Shown: one piece after another, positions 7,158-15,758 of the stretch
How the letters are laid out: the number at the start of each line of letters is the position of its first letter
Numbering within the stretch: position 1 is the stretch's first letter
Source: an uncultured bacterium
GTDB lineage: Bacteria > Verrucomicrobiota > Verrucomicrobiia > Limisphaerales > UBA8199
Reading direction: 5' to 3'
Length of the DNA: 64,000 nucleotides
Assembly (NCBI GenBank): GCA_963749495.1
Contig: CAVVMW010000006.1
Coordinates: 416,001 to 480,000, forward strand
Made by a program: the position numbers and the translations under genes
Notes under the pieces: generated by a model
The model's input: only the letters and a program-made list of their open reading frames with translations
What the model was told of the DNA's origin: nothing
The model's database searches: none

Positions 7158-9793
7158 GCGCGTGCCGCAAACCCGTGCAAACCCTCAAGGTCCAGCCCCC
7201 GGCGGCGGCCGCCTCTCGGGGACGCCTCTTCTGCCGCCCCGGTTTCCTGTGCCTGTTGCTCGGACTGGCCACTCTGGCGGTTTACTTGCCCGTCGCCTGG
7301 AACGGCTTCGTCAACTACGACAACTCCGATTACATCACCGCCAACGCACACGTGCTCGGCGGGTTGAAATGGGAGACGGTGACCTGGGCCTTCACGACCG
7401 GGCACGCCAGCAACTGGCACCCGTTGACCTGGCTCTCGCACGCCCTGGATTGCACGCTCTTTGGCCAGCGGCCCGGTCCGCAGCACCTGGTCAGCGTGGC
7501 GCTGCACATCGCCAACACGCTGCTCCTGTTCTTTCTGCTCCGGCGCATGACGGGGTCCTTGTGGCGCAGCGCGCTGGCCGCCGCGTTCTTCGCCTTGCAC
7601 CCGTTGCACGTCGAGTCCGTGGCCTGGATTTCCGAACGCAAAGATGTGCTCAGCGGCCTGTTCTTTGTGCTGACGCTCACGGCTTACGTCATCTACGTCG
7701 AGAAAACGCGTCCCGCCAACGGCCGGCCTCCGGATGCGGCGCCGTCTGGCCGGCTCTGTGGCGGCCCCGTGTTTTGGTATGGCCTTTCGCTCCTGTTTTT
7801 CTGCCTGGGCCTGATGAGCAAACCAATGCTGGTCACCGTGCCCTTTGTGCTGCTGCTGCTCGACGCCTGGCCGCTCCGGCGGTTCCCTCGCTGTGGCTCC
7901 CTCGCCCCATCCGATGGGGAGAGGGCCGGGGTGAGGGGCCGGCCCGGCATGGGGCGCGCAGTCGGGTCGGTCGCCGCTTCCCCCTCACCCCAGCCCTCTC
8001 CCCATCTGATGGGGAGAGGGAGCAGTCACGGCCGGCCCTCCCCAATTCCAGCGCGCTCGGATTCGTCGAGCGCCGAGCGAGAGTCCTCCCTCGCCCCATC
8101 CGATGGGGAGAGGGCCGGGGTGAGGGGCCGACCCGGCATGGGGCGCGCAGTCGGGTCGGTCGCCGCTTCCCCCTCACCCCAGCCCTCTCCCCATCTGATG
8201 GGGAGAGGGAGCAGTCACGGCCGGCCCTCCCCAATTCCAGCGCGCTCGGATTCGTCGAGCGCCGAGCGAGAGTCCCCCCTCGCCCCATCCGATGGGGAGA
8301 GGGCCGGGGTGAGGGGCCGGCCCGGCATGGGGCGCGCACTCATCGAGAAACTCCCGTTCCTGGCCCTGGGCGCGGCCTCGAGCGTGGTGACGTTTCTGGT
8401 GCAGCGAAAAGGAGGCGCCGTCTCGACGGCCCTGCCGCTGGATGCGCGGGTGGGCAACGCGCTGGTCTCCTACGTCCGCTACCTCGGCAAGACGCTTTGG
8501 CCGGCGCACTTGTCGGTCCTCTACCCACACCCGGGCCATTGGCCTTTGTGGCAGGTGATAGCGGCCGCGTGCCTGCTGGCGGGTGTGTGTGCGGTGGTGC
8601 TGTGGCGGGCCCGGGCAGTGCCGTGCCTGGCAGCCGGTTGGTTCTGGTTCGCGGGGATGTTGGTGCCGGTGATTGGCCTGGTCCAGGTCGGCATCCAGTC
8701 CATGGCGGATCGCTACATGTACCTGCCGATGATTGGGCTGTCGCTGGCGCTGCTGTGGGGCGTGCCGGAGTTGGTGCCGCAGCGGCTGTGGCGGCCCAGG
8801 CTCGGCGCCGCCGCCATGGTCCTGGCCTTGGGCGCCTGCGCCTGGATGTCCGCCCGGCAGGTGCGGTACTGGCACGACACCGAGGCCCTCTTCGCACGGG
8901 CGGTCAAAGTCACCAAGCGAAATTACCTTGCCTACAATAATCTGGGCTTTTACCAGTCCCGCCAGGGGCGGCCTGCCGAGGCGATGGAGAATTACCTGCG
9001 CTCGCTTGAAATCAACCCGCGTTATGAAGACGCGCTGAACAACGTGGGCTATGCCCTGGCCGGCCGGAAAAAATACGCCGAGGCGATGAGGTATTACGAA
9101 GCCGCGTTGGCCATTCAACCCAATCATCCCGAGGTCCACAATAACCTCGGCAATGCCTTGTCCGAGTTGGGCCGGATCGACGAGGCCATCACGCACTACT
9201 GGATCACCCTCGGCCAAAAGCCCGACCATGCCGATGCCAACAACAATCTCGGCATCGCGCTCGCGATGAAGGGCCAGCTCGACCAGGCCATCCTCCATTT
9301 CCGCAAGGCCATTCAGTCCAACCCGGGCGACGCGAGCGCCCACAGCAACCTCGGCAACGCGCTGGCCGTCCAGCACAACCTGGACGGCGCCATCCAGGAA
9401 TACAACCTGGCCTTGCGCCTCCGACCCAACGATGCCCAGGCCCACAACAATCTCGGCAATGCCCTGGCCGGCCTGGGCAAGCTCGATGAGGCCATCGCCC
9501 ACTACCACGATGCGCTTCGCCTCAACCCCGACAATCCCGAGGCCCACGCCAACCTCGCCGGCGCCCTCGCCTCCCAGGGCAACCTCCCGCTCGCCATCGA
9601 ACAATTCCTGGCCTCGCTGCGGTGCAATCCCAACAGCCCCGACACCCATTATCACCTCGCCCAGGTCCTCCTCAAGCAGGGACGGCGCGACGAGGCCGCC
9701 GCTCATCTGGCGGCCGCCCTCCAACTCCGGCCCGGATTCCCGGAGGCCAGGAGGGACTTGGAGGCGTTGAGGGCGGCGCCCGCGCAACGCTAA
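7154..9793 (+). CDS. Multi-TM membrane protein with C-terminal TPRs (TMTC-like / GT-C protein O-glycosyltransferase family), containing an in-frame repeat insertion
   Basis: NWHPLTWLSH, HPLHVESVAWISERKDVL, MSKPM, ADRYMY motifs; many AHNNLG TPRs. Confidence 0.82.
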   Translation: MSACRKPVQTLKVQPPAAAASRGRLFCRPGFLCLLLGLATLAVYLPVAWNGFVNYDNSDYITANAHVLGGLKWETVTWAFTTGHASNWHPLTWLSHALDCTLFGQRPGPQHLVSVALHIANTLLLFFLLRRMTGSLWRSALAAAFFALHPLHVESVAWISERKDVLSGLFFVLTLTAYVIYVEKTRPANGRPPDAAPSGRLCGGPVFWYGLSLLFFCLGLMSKPMLVTVPFVLLLLDAWPLRRFPRCGSLAPSDGERAGVRGRPGMGRAVGSVAASPSPQPSPHLMGRGSSHGRPSPIPARSDSSSAERESSLAPSDGERAGVRGRPGMGRAVGSVAASPSPQPSPHLMGRGSSHGRPSPIPARSDSSSAERESPLAPSDGERAGVRGRPGMGRALIEKLPFLALGAASSVVTFLVQRKGGAVSTALPLDARVGNALVSYVRYLGKTLWPAHLSVLYPHPGHWPLWQVIAAACLLAGVCAVVLWRARAVPCLAAGWFWFAGMLVPVIGLVQVGIQSMADRYMYLPMIGLSLALLWGVPELVPQRLWRPRLGAAAMVLALGACAWMSARQVRYWHDTEALFARAVKVTKRNYLAYNNLGFYQSRQGRPAEAMENYLRSLEINPRYEDALNNVGYALAGRKKYAEAMRYYEAALAIQPNHPEVHNNLGNALSELGRIDEAITHYWITLGQKPDHADANNNLGIALAMKGQLDQAILHFRKAIQSNPGDASAHSNLGNALAVQHNLDGAIQEYNLALRLRPNDAQAHNNLGNALAGLGKLDEAIAHYHDALRLNPDNPEAHANLAGALASQGNLPLAIEQFLASLRCNPNSPDTHYHLAQVLLKQGRRDEAAAHLAAALQLRPGFPEARRDLEALRAAPAQR
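7897..8338. repeat. In-frame tandem array: 2.3 copies of a 189-bp unit built from alternating CCCTCTCCC/GGGAGAGGG REP-like palindromes (BIME-like)
   Basis: Units start at 7897, 8086 and 8275; the 63-aa peptide SLAPSDGERAGVRG...SAERES repeats. Confidence 0.93.
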
Positions 9794-9795
9794 AA

Positions 9796-11313
9796 TCAGA
9801 TCTTCGGCACCACGTATGGCTTTCGATACTCGCGCCGGGCAAGCGCGTCGGCTTGGTGCGCAAAACCGTGGACAAACCGTTCCCGCTTCGCGTCGAAGGT
9901 CACCCAGGGTCCGAGCGTGGCCGGGGTGGCGCCGAGGTCAATGCCATTCTGGCCCAGATAGTCGCGGCAGCGGTCGAACGCGTCTGATAGCTCGCGGCTC
10001 GCCCGGGTGGCGGCGCGAATCTCCTCGATTGGCGACTGGCTCCCGAGCCGGTGAGAGATGTTCGCCAAGTGGCAGCAGGCCGCGGAGAGGTGTCCCTGCA
10101 AGGCCTCGGCGGCCAGGTCGCCCGCCTTGCGGCTGCGAACGGCGGCCACGAAGTTGGCCAGGTGCGTGGTTTCCAGCGTCCTGGAGCCGCCGTCGTCCGG
10201 GATGTCCTTGATCTTCTTTCCCTGGTTATCAAAGAGCGCTGCGCCGGAGGCATCGCCTGCGAAATAGCCGCCTTCGCAGTCGATGACGATCCCGTTGGTC
10301 TCGTTTCGGAACTTGCCGATGGCGTCCCGGCCCTGGGCCTTGCGCACGTTGCGGACCTCGCAGATCACCGGCGCGGGTGCGTAATTCAAGAGCGCAATCT
10401 GCGTGTTGGCCGTCTGGCCGCAGTCATCGAAACCAAGACGGCCGCCGATGCTCATGGCGCGCGGGGGCGGTTGGTTCTGGCCCAAAGCCCAGCGGCAAAG
10501 GTCTATGACATGGATTCCATTGTTGCCCATCTCACCGTTGCCTGTGGCCCAGAACCAGTGCCATTCGTAGTGCAATTGCTTGCGCATCAGCGGCCCTTTG
10601 GGAGCCGGACCGCACCACAGATCGTAATCCACCGTCGCCGGCACGGGCGTTGGCGCGCTGACCTTGCCGATGCCATCGCGAGCGCGATACACCAGGGCAT
10701 GGGCATAACGTATGGCCCCGAGCTGGCCGCGGCGCAGGTCCTCGAAGGCCTGGCGCAGGAGCGCGCTCGAACGATTCTGAGTGCCCACCTGGACCATGCG
10801 GCCGTGCTTCCGCGCCGCCGCCACCATTTGCCGTCCTTCCCAGAGGTTGTGGGCAAACGGCTTCTCGACGTAAACGTCCTTGCCCGCCTGGCAGGCCCAG
10901 ACCGTTGCCAGGGCGTGCCAATGATTGGGCAATGCGATGACTACGGCATCAATGGTCTTGTCATCGAGGACCCTGCGGAGGTCCGTGTGCGTGGCGACCG
11001 TTTCGCCCCGCTCCTTGAACGGCTGCGCTTCCCGGTCAAGAAATGCCTGGTCCACGTCGCACAGCGCGACGATCCTCGCGCCCGGGACCTCTCGAATCCG
11101 GGGGATGAGCTGATGACCGCGCCCGCCGACGCCGCCGACCGCTTTAGTGTCCCCGAGTCCCACGACTGCCAGACGGATCGTATCGTTGGGTCCTTTGGCT
11201 CGGGACGAACGCTCGGCGCCGATGACCATCTCCGGCATCCCCAGCGCCAACCCGGCCACTGTTGTGCTTTTCAGAAAGCTCCTGCGTGTGATTGGTTTCA
11301 TATTTCTGCTCAT
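9796..11313 (-). CDS. Tat-exported Gfo/Idh/MocA family oxidoreductase
   Basis: TRRSFLK twin-arginine signal, PNHWHA, GKDVYVEKP, VQVGTQNRS, YDLWCGPAP. Confidence 0.9.
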   Translation of the reverse strand: MSRNMKPITRRSFLKSTTVAGLALGMPEMVIGAERSSRAKGPNDTIRLAVVGLGDTKAVGGVGGRGHQLIPRIREVPGARIVALCDVDQAFLDREAQPFKERGETVATHTDLRRVLDDKTIDAVVIALPNHWHALATVWACQAGKDVYVEKPFAHNLWEGRQMVAAARKHGRMVQVGTQNRSSALLRQAFEDLRRGQLGAIRYAHALVYRARDGIGKVSAPTPVPATVDYDLWCGPAPKGPLMRKQLHYEWHWFWATGNGEMGNNGIHVIDLCRWALGQNQPPPRAMSIGGRLGFDDCGQTANTQIALLNYAPAPVICEVRNVRKAQGRDAIGKFRNETNGIVIDCEGGYFAGDASGAALFDNQGKKIKDIPDDGGSRTLETTHLANFVAAVRSRKAGDLAAEALQGHLSAACCHLANISHRLGSQSPIEEIRAATRASRELSDAFDRCRDYLGQNGIDLGATPATLGPWVTFDAKRERFVHGFAHQADALARREYRKPYVVPKI

Positions 11314-11390
11314 GATGGGCGAGTGAACGAGTTCATGGCCCGCAGACTACCGCAACGAGGCCGGCAAGCAAGGCAGACTTCATCGCCCCG

Positions 11391-12533
11391 TCAATCCCGC
11401 TGGCGAAAATCGGCGATGCGGTGGAACGTCAGGTAATTGGCGTCGTGGAAATTGTGGGCGCCGCCTTGGGCGTCGTCCCAGGCGGTGCGGCAGACGGCGA
11501 TAATGTCCGGCCCGTCGAACTGCCAGTCCACGTATTGGAACCCGTGCCGCGCCGTGTCGGGATGCTCCAACAGAATGGAATGCACCTTCCAGCCGCCGAC
11601 GAGGTCCATGGAGTGGACCAGCGCCAGGGTGTTGCGGACCGAGGCGGGAGGTCCGGCCTTCTCGAAGGCCGGCGGCACGATGGTCGCGAGGGACCAGTAA
11701 AGTTCGCTCACCGCATCGAAGCGAACCGTGAACTTCTTGGCGCCGCCCGGCAGTTCGACGAAGCCCGTGGCGGGATCGAACGCGGCAGTCTTGCCATCAC
11801 GTGAGATCGTGACCAAGGCGGCCCGCTCCGGCAGATCGGGGGCATCCACGCGCAGCAGGTCGGCGACTTTTCCCTCCGTGGTCACGATGGCATTGCCTTC
11901 GAGCCAGCCGCCGAATTTGCCGTTGAGCCAGTTGGTATTGCCCGGGAGAAAACTGCTCGAGGTCCAGTTGGCGGCATCGAGGAGGTTGGCATTGGCGGGC
12001 GCGGAGAACATGACGGCGTGGTAGGTGACGCCCCAGCCTGCCGGGGGCTCGCGGTGCTCGAAGGCGCGCCAAAGACGGCCGTCGTGTTCGAGGACCGGCA
12101 CCGGCGCGCAGTGAAACTCGGCCTGGGGGCTGAGCAAGCCGGACTTGGCGTCCTCGGGCGATGTCCAGGCAAACCCGCCATCGGTGGAGCGCCGGATGAT
12201 GGCGTGTCCATGGTGCCTGTCGGTGCCGATCAAATAGAGCGCCCCGCGGTGCGTGAAGAGCGTGGACCAGAATTGGCCGTCCACCCGGGCAATGTTGGTC
12301 CAGGTCTGGCCGCGGTCGCGCGAGGCGAACACCTTGGTCACTGCCCGGGTCAGTTCGCTGCTCCGGGGGCCAAATTCATCGTGCGAGGCGATGTAATCGG
12401 TCTTCGAAACCACGGCGAGGCTTGGTGAACCGATGTAGATGCCGGAAGCAGCGGGGCTGTGATCGATGATCACGCCGGGCACGTTGGCCGCGCCGGCGGC
12501 CCAGGGGCAAATCATCAGCGCCACGGCCCACAA
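11391..12533 (-). CDS. Secreted exo-alpha-sialidase/BNR-repeat beta-propeller; start uncertain because a REP abuts the 5' end
   Basis: Asp-boxes SRDRGQTW and STDGGFAW; GFQYVDW; HNFHDANYLTFHRI. Confidence 0.75.
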   Translation of the reverse strand: MWAVALMICPWAAGAANVPGVIIDHSPAASGIYIGSPSLAVVSKTDYIASHDEFGPRSSELTRAVTKVFASRDRGQTWTNIARVDGQFWSTLFTHRGALYLIGTDRHHGHAIIRRSTDGGFAWTSPEDAKSGLLSPQAEFHCAPVPVLEHDGRLWRAFEHREPPAGWGVTYHAVMFSAPANANLLDAANWTSSSFLPGNTNWLNGKFGGWLEGNAIVTTEGKVADLLRVDAPDLPERAALVTISRDGKTAAFDPATGFVELPGGAKKFTVRFDAVSELYWSLATIVPPAFEKAGPPASVRNTLALVHSMDLVGGWKVHSILLEHPDTARHGFQYVDWQFDGPDIIAVCRTAWDDAQGGAHNFHDANYLTFHRIADFRQRD

Positions 12534-12553
12534 TAGAAGGAGCGGCGAGCCCC

Positions 12554-12779
12554 AAACTCCGGCCCAACGGGCCGGCAGAACCCAGCCCAGGGCTGAGGCC
12601 GCCAGGCCGATGCCCTGGGACAGGCCCGCGCAAGAGCCGGCGCGCCCTGAAGGGGCGCAAGAGGGGCTCTGGCGCCCCTTCGGGGCGCGCGGCCCGCCTC
12701 TGGGCCCTAACCCCAGGGCATCGGCCTGGCGGCCTCAGCCCTGGGCTAGGCTCTTGCGGCCCCTTGGGCCGCGAGGCAG
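12554..12779. repeat. ~225-bp REP-like palindromic element, copy 1
   Basis: Nested inverted repeats CCCAGGGC/GCCCTGGG; close copy at 15443-15668. Confidence 0.88.
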
Positions 12780-12900
12780 GAAACCGAAGGTGGCTCATTC
12801 CCTCTAAAGTCAGCTTACACTGTGACATTTCCCGTGGATGCCGGCTTAACATCACGCCCAGTTACGCCCGAATCCCGTGCCGAAAACAAGGAAATTGAAA

Positions 12901-13052
12901 GGTAACTGTTCAGGTCGGGACGTGTGGGGCAGACCTCCGGTCTGCCGGTTGCAGGGGCCTCTGGCCCCGAGCCTCGCAACTGCAAGGGACACGGAGCCGG
13001 AGGCTCCGTGAACCGGCAGACCAGAGGTCTGCCCCACACCTGAACGGCTACC
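12901..13052. mobile_element. MITE-like element with REP cargo
   Basis: TIR GGTAACTGTTCAGG / CCTGAACGGCTACC, flanked by a 6-bp direct repeat TTGAAA (12895-12900 / 13053-13058). Internal palindrome GTGGGGCAGACCTCCGGTCTGCC...GGCAGACCAGAGGTCTGCCCCAC. Confidence 0.8.
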
Positions 13053-13125
13053 TTGAAAGTTTCATTGCGCCTCTGCCGGCATTCATGCCATCTATCGGTA
13101 TGAGCGCGCCACAACCGTCGCGGAG

Positions 13126-14340
13126 ATGAGTCCCATCGCCCCCAATCCGCTGCTCGGGGTCGGCCTGCACGCCATCGGCGCGGGTCTTTCAGCCAACTGT
13201 TATTCACCCCAGAAATACGTGAAGCGCTGGTCCTGGGAAATCTACTGGCTCACGCAAGCCGCGTGGTGCTGGTTCCTTTGGCCCATCATCGGCGCGCTGC
13301 TCACGATCCCGCAGCTCTGGCGGGTGCTTGCCGAGGCGCCAAAGGATCGGATGCTTTACTCATTCCTGATGGGGGTTGCTTACGGGGTGGGCGGCACGGC
13401 CTTCAACGTCTCCATCCGCTACATCGGGTTCTCCCTCACTTACGCCATCGCGGTGGGACTCTCCAGCATCCTGGGCACGCTCGTGCCGCCGCTGGTGCGC
13501 GGGCAGTTTGCCGAAATCATGTCCCGGGTTGGCTCGGGCTGGGTGTTTGCGGGCGTGGCCGCGGGGGCGATTGGCATTGCCGTTTGCGGCGCGGCGGGCC
13601 ACTTCAAGGAGCGGGACTTGAAAGCCGGAGCTGAGGGCGTCGGCGAGTTCTCGCTGGTCAGAGGTTTGTCGCTTTCGCTCCTGGCGGGCGTGCTCTCGGC
13701 GGTTTATGGATTCGCCTTGGAAGTCGCCGCCCCGGTGGCGGACATCGCCGAGCAGCACGGCGCCGGGATTTGGAAGGGCAATGTGGCCTACATTTTCGCC
13801 AACACCGGCGCGTTCGTCACGGCGGCACTCTACAGCCTCTACCTGGCGCGCAAGAACAAATCGCTCGGCGAACTGGCCCGGTTGCGCCCCGGTGAAGAGC
13901 AGGCCAGCCTGCGCATGAATTACGTCCTGGCGCTGCTCACGGGCACGTTATGGTACGGTCAATTCTTCTTTTACAACCTGGGCCACGTCCGGCTGGGCAA
14001 GAATTACGCATTCTCCAGTTGGGCCATTCACATGATCATCCTGGTGCTGATCAGCAACCTCGTGGCCATCTTCTTCAAGGAATGGAAAGGTTGCGGCGGC
14101 CGCACCAAAACCAGCATCAGCTTTGGCCTGGCCGTGCTGTGCGCCGCCATCCTGCTGCTGACCTACGGCAATTATCTGGGGGAATCAACGCTGATTTACC
14201 GGCCGACGACCAGAATATCGAGCAGTCCCGGGCCGCCACCGCCACCTCTCCGGCCGCCACCAGGCTGGTTTCCACCCGCCGGAGGAGTTGTCGCCGAGGA
14301 AGCGCCCGGAGCCGGCTCCGTGGTGATCAACACAATCTGA
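13126..14340 (+). CDS. rhaT: L-rhamnose/proton symporter RhaT family; true end may be near 14190
   Basis: PQKYVKRWSWEIYW, GVGGTAFN...YIGFSL, LWYGQFFFY, SSWAIHM, KEWKG; ~10 TM segments. Confidence 0.82.
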   Translation: MSPIAPNPLLGVGLHAIGAGLSANCYSPQKYVKRWSWEIYWLTQAAWCWFLWPIIGALLTIPQLWRVLAEAPKDRMLYSFLMGVAYGVGGTAFNVSIRYIGFSLTYAIAVGLSSILGTLVPPLVRGQFAEIMSRVGSGWVFAGVAAGAIGIAVCGAAGHFKERDLKAGAEGVGEFSLVRGLSLSLLAGVLSAVYGFALEVAAPVADIAEQHGAGIWKGNVAYIFANTGAFVTAALYSLYLARKNKSLGELARLRPGEEQASLRMNYVLALLTGTLWYGQFFFYNLGHVRLGKNYAFSSWAIHMIILVLISNLVAIFFKEWKGCGGRTKTSISFGLAVLCAAILLLTYGNYLGESTLIYRPTTRISSSPGPPPPPLRPPPGWFPPAGGVVAEEAPGAGSVVINTI

Positions 14341-15257
14341 TTGTTCTTGGTGTCCAGCGTGCAGGTCTTGGCACGCGGCTTGGTCTGCACCGTCTGTTCC
14401 ACCTCGAAGGTCGTGGGGCTGGTTTCCTTGATAATCGTCAGTGTCCCATCGCCCTGGGAACTGAAGGCCTCCATTGTGTTGGGATTAAAGCCGCCGCCGT
14501 CCGTGCCTCGGCCGATTGGCAGGGTAGCCAGGATCTTTCCATCATCGGCGCTGAGAACGACGCACGTTTGCGGGTCGTGGCACATGGCAAAGAGAATGTG
14601 GTTTTTCACGTCCAAACCCAAGCCGCCCGGCCCGCCGCCTTTGCCGGCCAGGCCGTAGTGCGCCGTCACCTTGAGAGTCTTCACGTCAACGACCGCGATG
14701 TTGTCCTTGTCCTCGATATCCACGTACAGGCGGCCCTGGCCGTCACTGGCAGCCTGTTCAGGAGCGCCCCCCAAATCAATCGTGCCGACAACCGTGCCGG
14801 CCTTGCCGTCAATCACCGTGGCGTTGGGCGGGCTGTGGCTGAAAACATAAATCCGTTCGGTCAGGGGCTCGAAGAGAATGCCGTCCGGCCGCCCCTGCAC
14901 CTCGATGGTCTTGAGGGTCTCGAGGGTCTTGGCATCCCACATCACGACGGGACTGCTGCTGCAGAAGCCGTGCTGGGACTTGGGCTCCACTGCGACGCCG
15001 CGCGCCCGGGCATTGGGGATGGCCCCAGCCGGCTTGAGGCTGTCCAGGTCAAAGACCAGGACCTGATTGCCCCTCGCAACATACAGACGGCTGTTGTCGT
15101 TGTCCGCATAGACGTAATCGATCCCGCCTGTGCCCATGGTCTGGGTCGTCTTGAGGACTCGGTAAGGGCTTGAGGCTGACGGCGTTTGGGCAAAAGCCAC
15201 CGAAGCGACCGTACTCAGGAGAATTGCGCTCCCCCATTCCAGGATATGTGCTTTCAT
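14196..15257 (-). CDS. Secreted YncE-family beta-propeller protein
   Basis: Signal peptide; GTGGIDYVYAD, IDLGGAPEQAASDG, GLGLD repeats. Confidence 0.78.
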   Translation of the reverse strand: MKAHILEWGSAILLSTVASVAFAQTPSASSPYRVLKTTQTMGTGGIDYVYADNDNSRLYVARGNQVLVFDLDSLKPAGAIPNARARGVAVEPKSQHGFCSSSPVVMWDAKTLETLKTIEVQGRPDGILFEPLTERIYVFSHSPPNATVIDGKAGTVVGTIDLGGAPEQAASDGQGRLYVDIEDKDNIAVVDVKTLKVTAHYGLAGKGGGPGGLGLDVKNHILFAMCHDPQTCVVLSADDGKILATLPIGRGTDGGGFNPNTMEAFSSQGDGTLTIIKETSPTTFEVEQTVQTKPRAKTCTLDTKNNQIVLITTEPAPGASSATTPPAGGNQPGGGRRGGGGGPGLLDILVVGR

Positions 15258-15442
15258 TTCTCTCGGCCTGATTGATTTTGGCAAGGCAGCCCGTTTGGAG
15301 CTGCCGCACCGTGTTGTGTTGAGCTGAATATTGAGAGACCAGACGCGCCGGCAAGACCTTTGGTTACATCGCCCGGCATCGATGGGGTGGCAGAAGACGA
15401 CTAAGGCAAGGGACGCATTGTCCAGACTATCCAGTCGGTCTG

Positions 15443-15668
15443 AAACTCCGGCCCAAAGGGCCGGCAGAGCCTAGCCCAGGGCTGAGGCCGTCAGGCCGAT
15501 GCCCTGGGAACATGCCCCCGGAGGATTAGGCGCGCCCTGAAAGGGCGCCAGCGCCCTGTGGCGCCCTTTTCAGGGCGCGGGGTCCGCGTCTGCGGCGAAA
15601 CCCAGGGCATCGGCCTGACGGCCTCAGCCCTGGGCTGGGTTCTGGCGGCCCGTTGGGCCGCGAGGCAG
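15443..15668. repeat. ~225-bp REP-like palindromic element, copy 2
   Basis: Same ends as 12554-12779 (AAACTCCGGCCCAA...TTGGGCCGCGAGGCAG). Confidence 0.88.
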
Positions 15669-15758
15669 AGCAGGAAAGGCTTGCCCAGATCGCGCCCCTG
15701 GCCCTGCTTCCACAGGATCCAACCAAGCTCCGCCAGAACCGATTGCAGCAGATCGTTT

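Noticed and set aside
7897..8338. Possible CRISPR array
   Set aside because: The intervening segments are identical rather than unique spacers, the unit is 189 bp, and there are no cas genes.
14196..14340. 145-bp convergent overlap between rhaT and the YncE-like gene
   Set aside because: The RhaT tail is just the antisense of the neighbour's Gly-rich end; a lost stop or indel near 14190 is more likely than a functional overlap.
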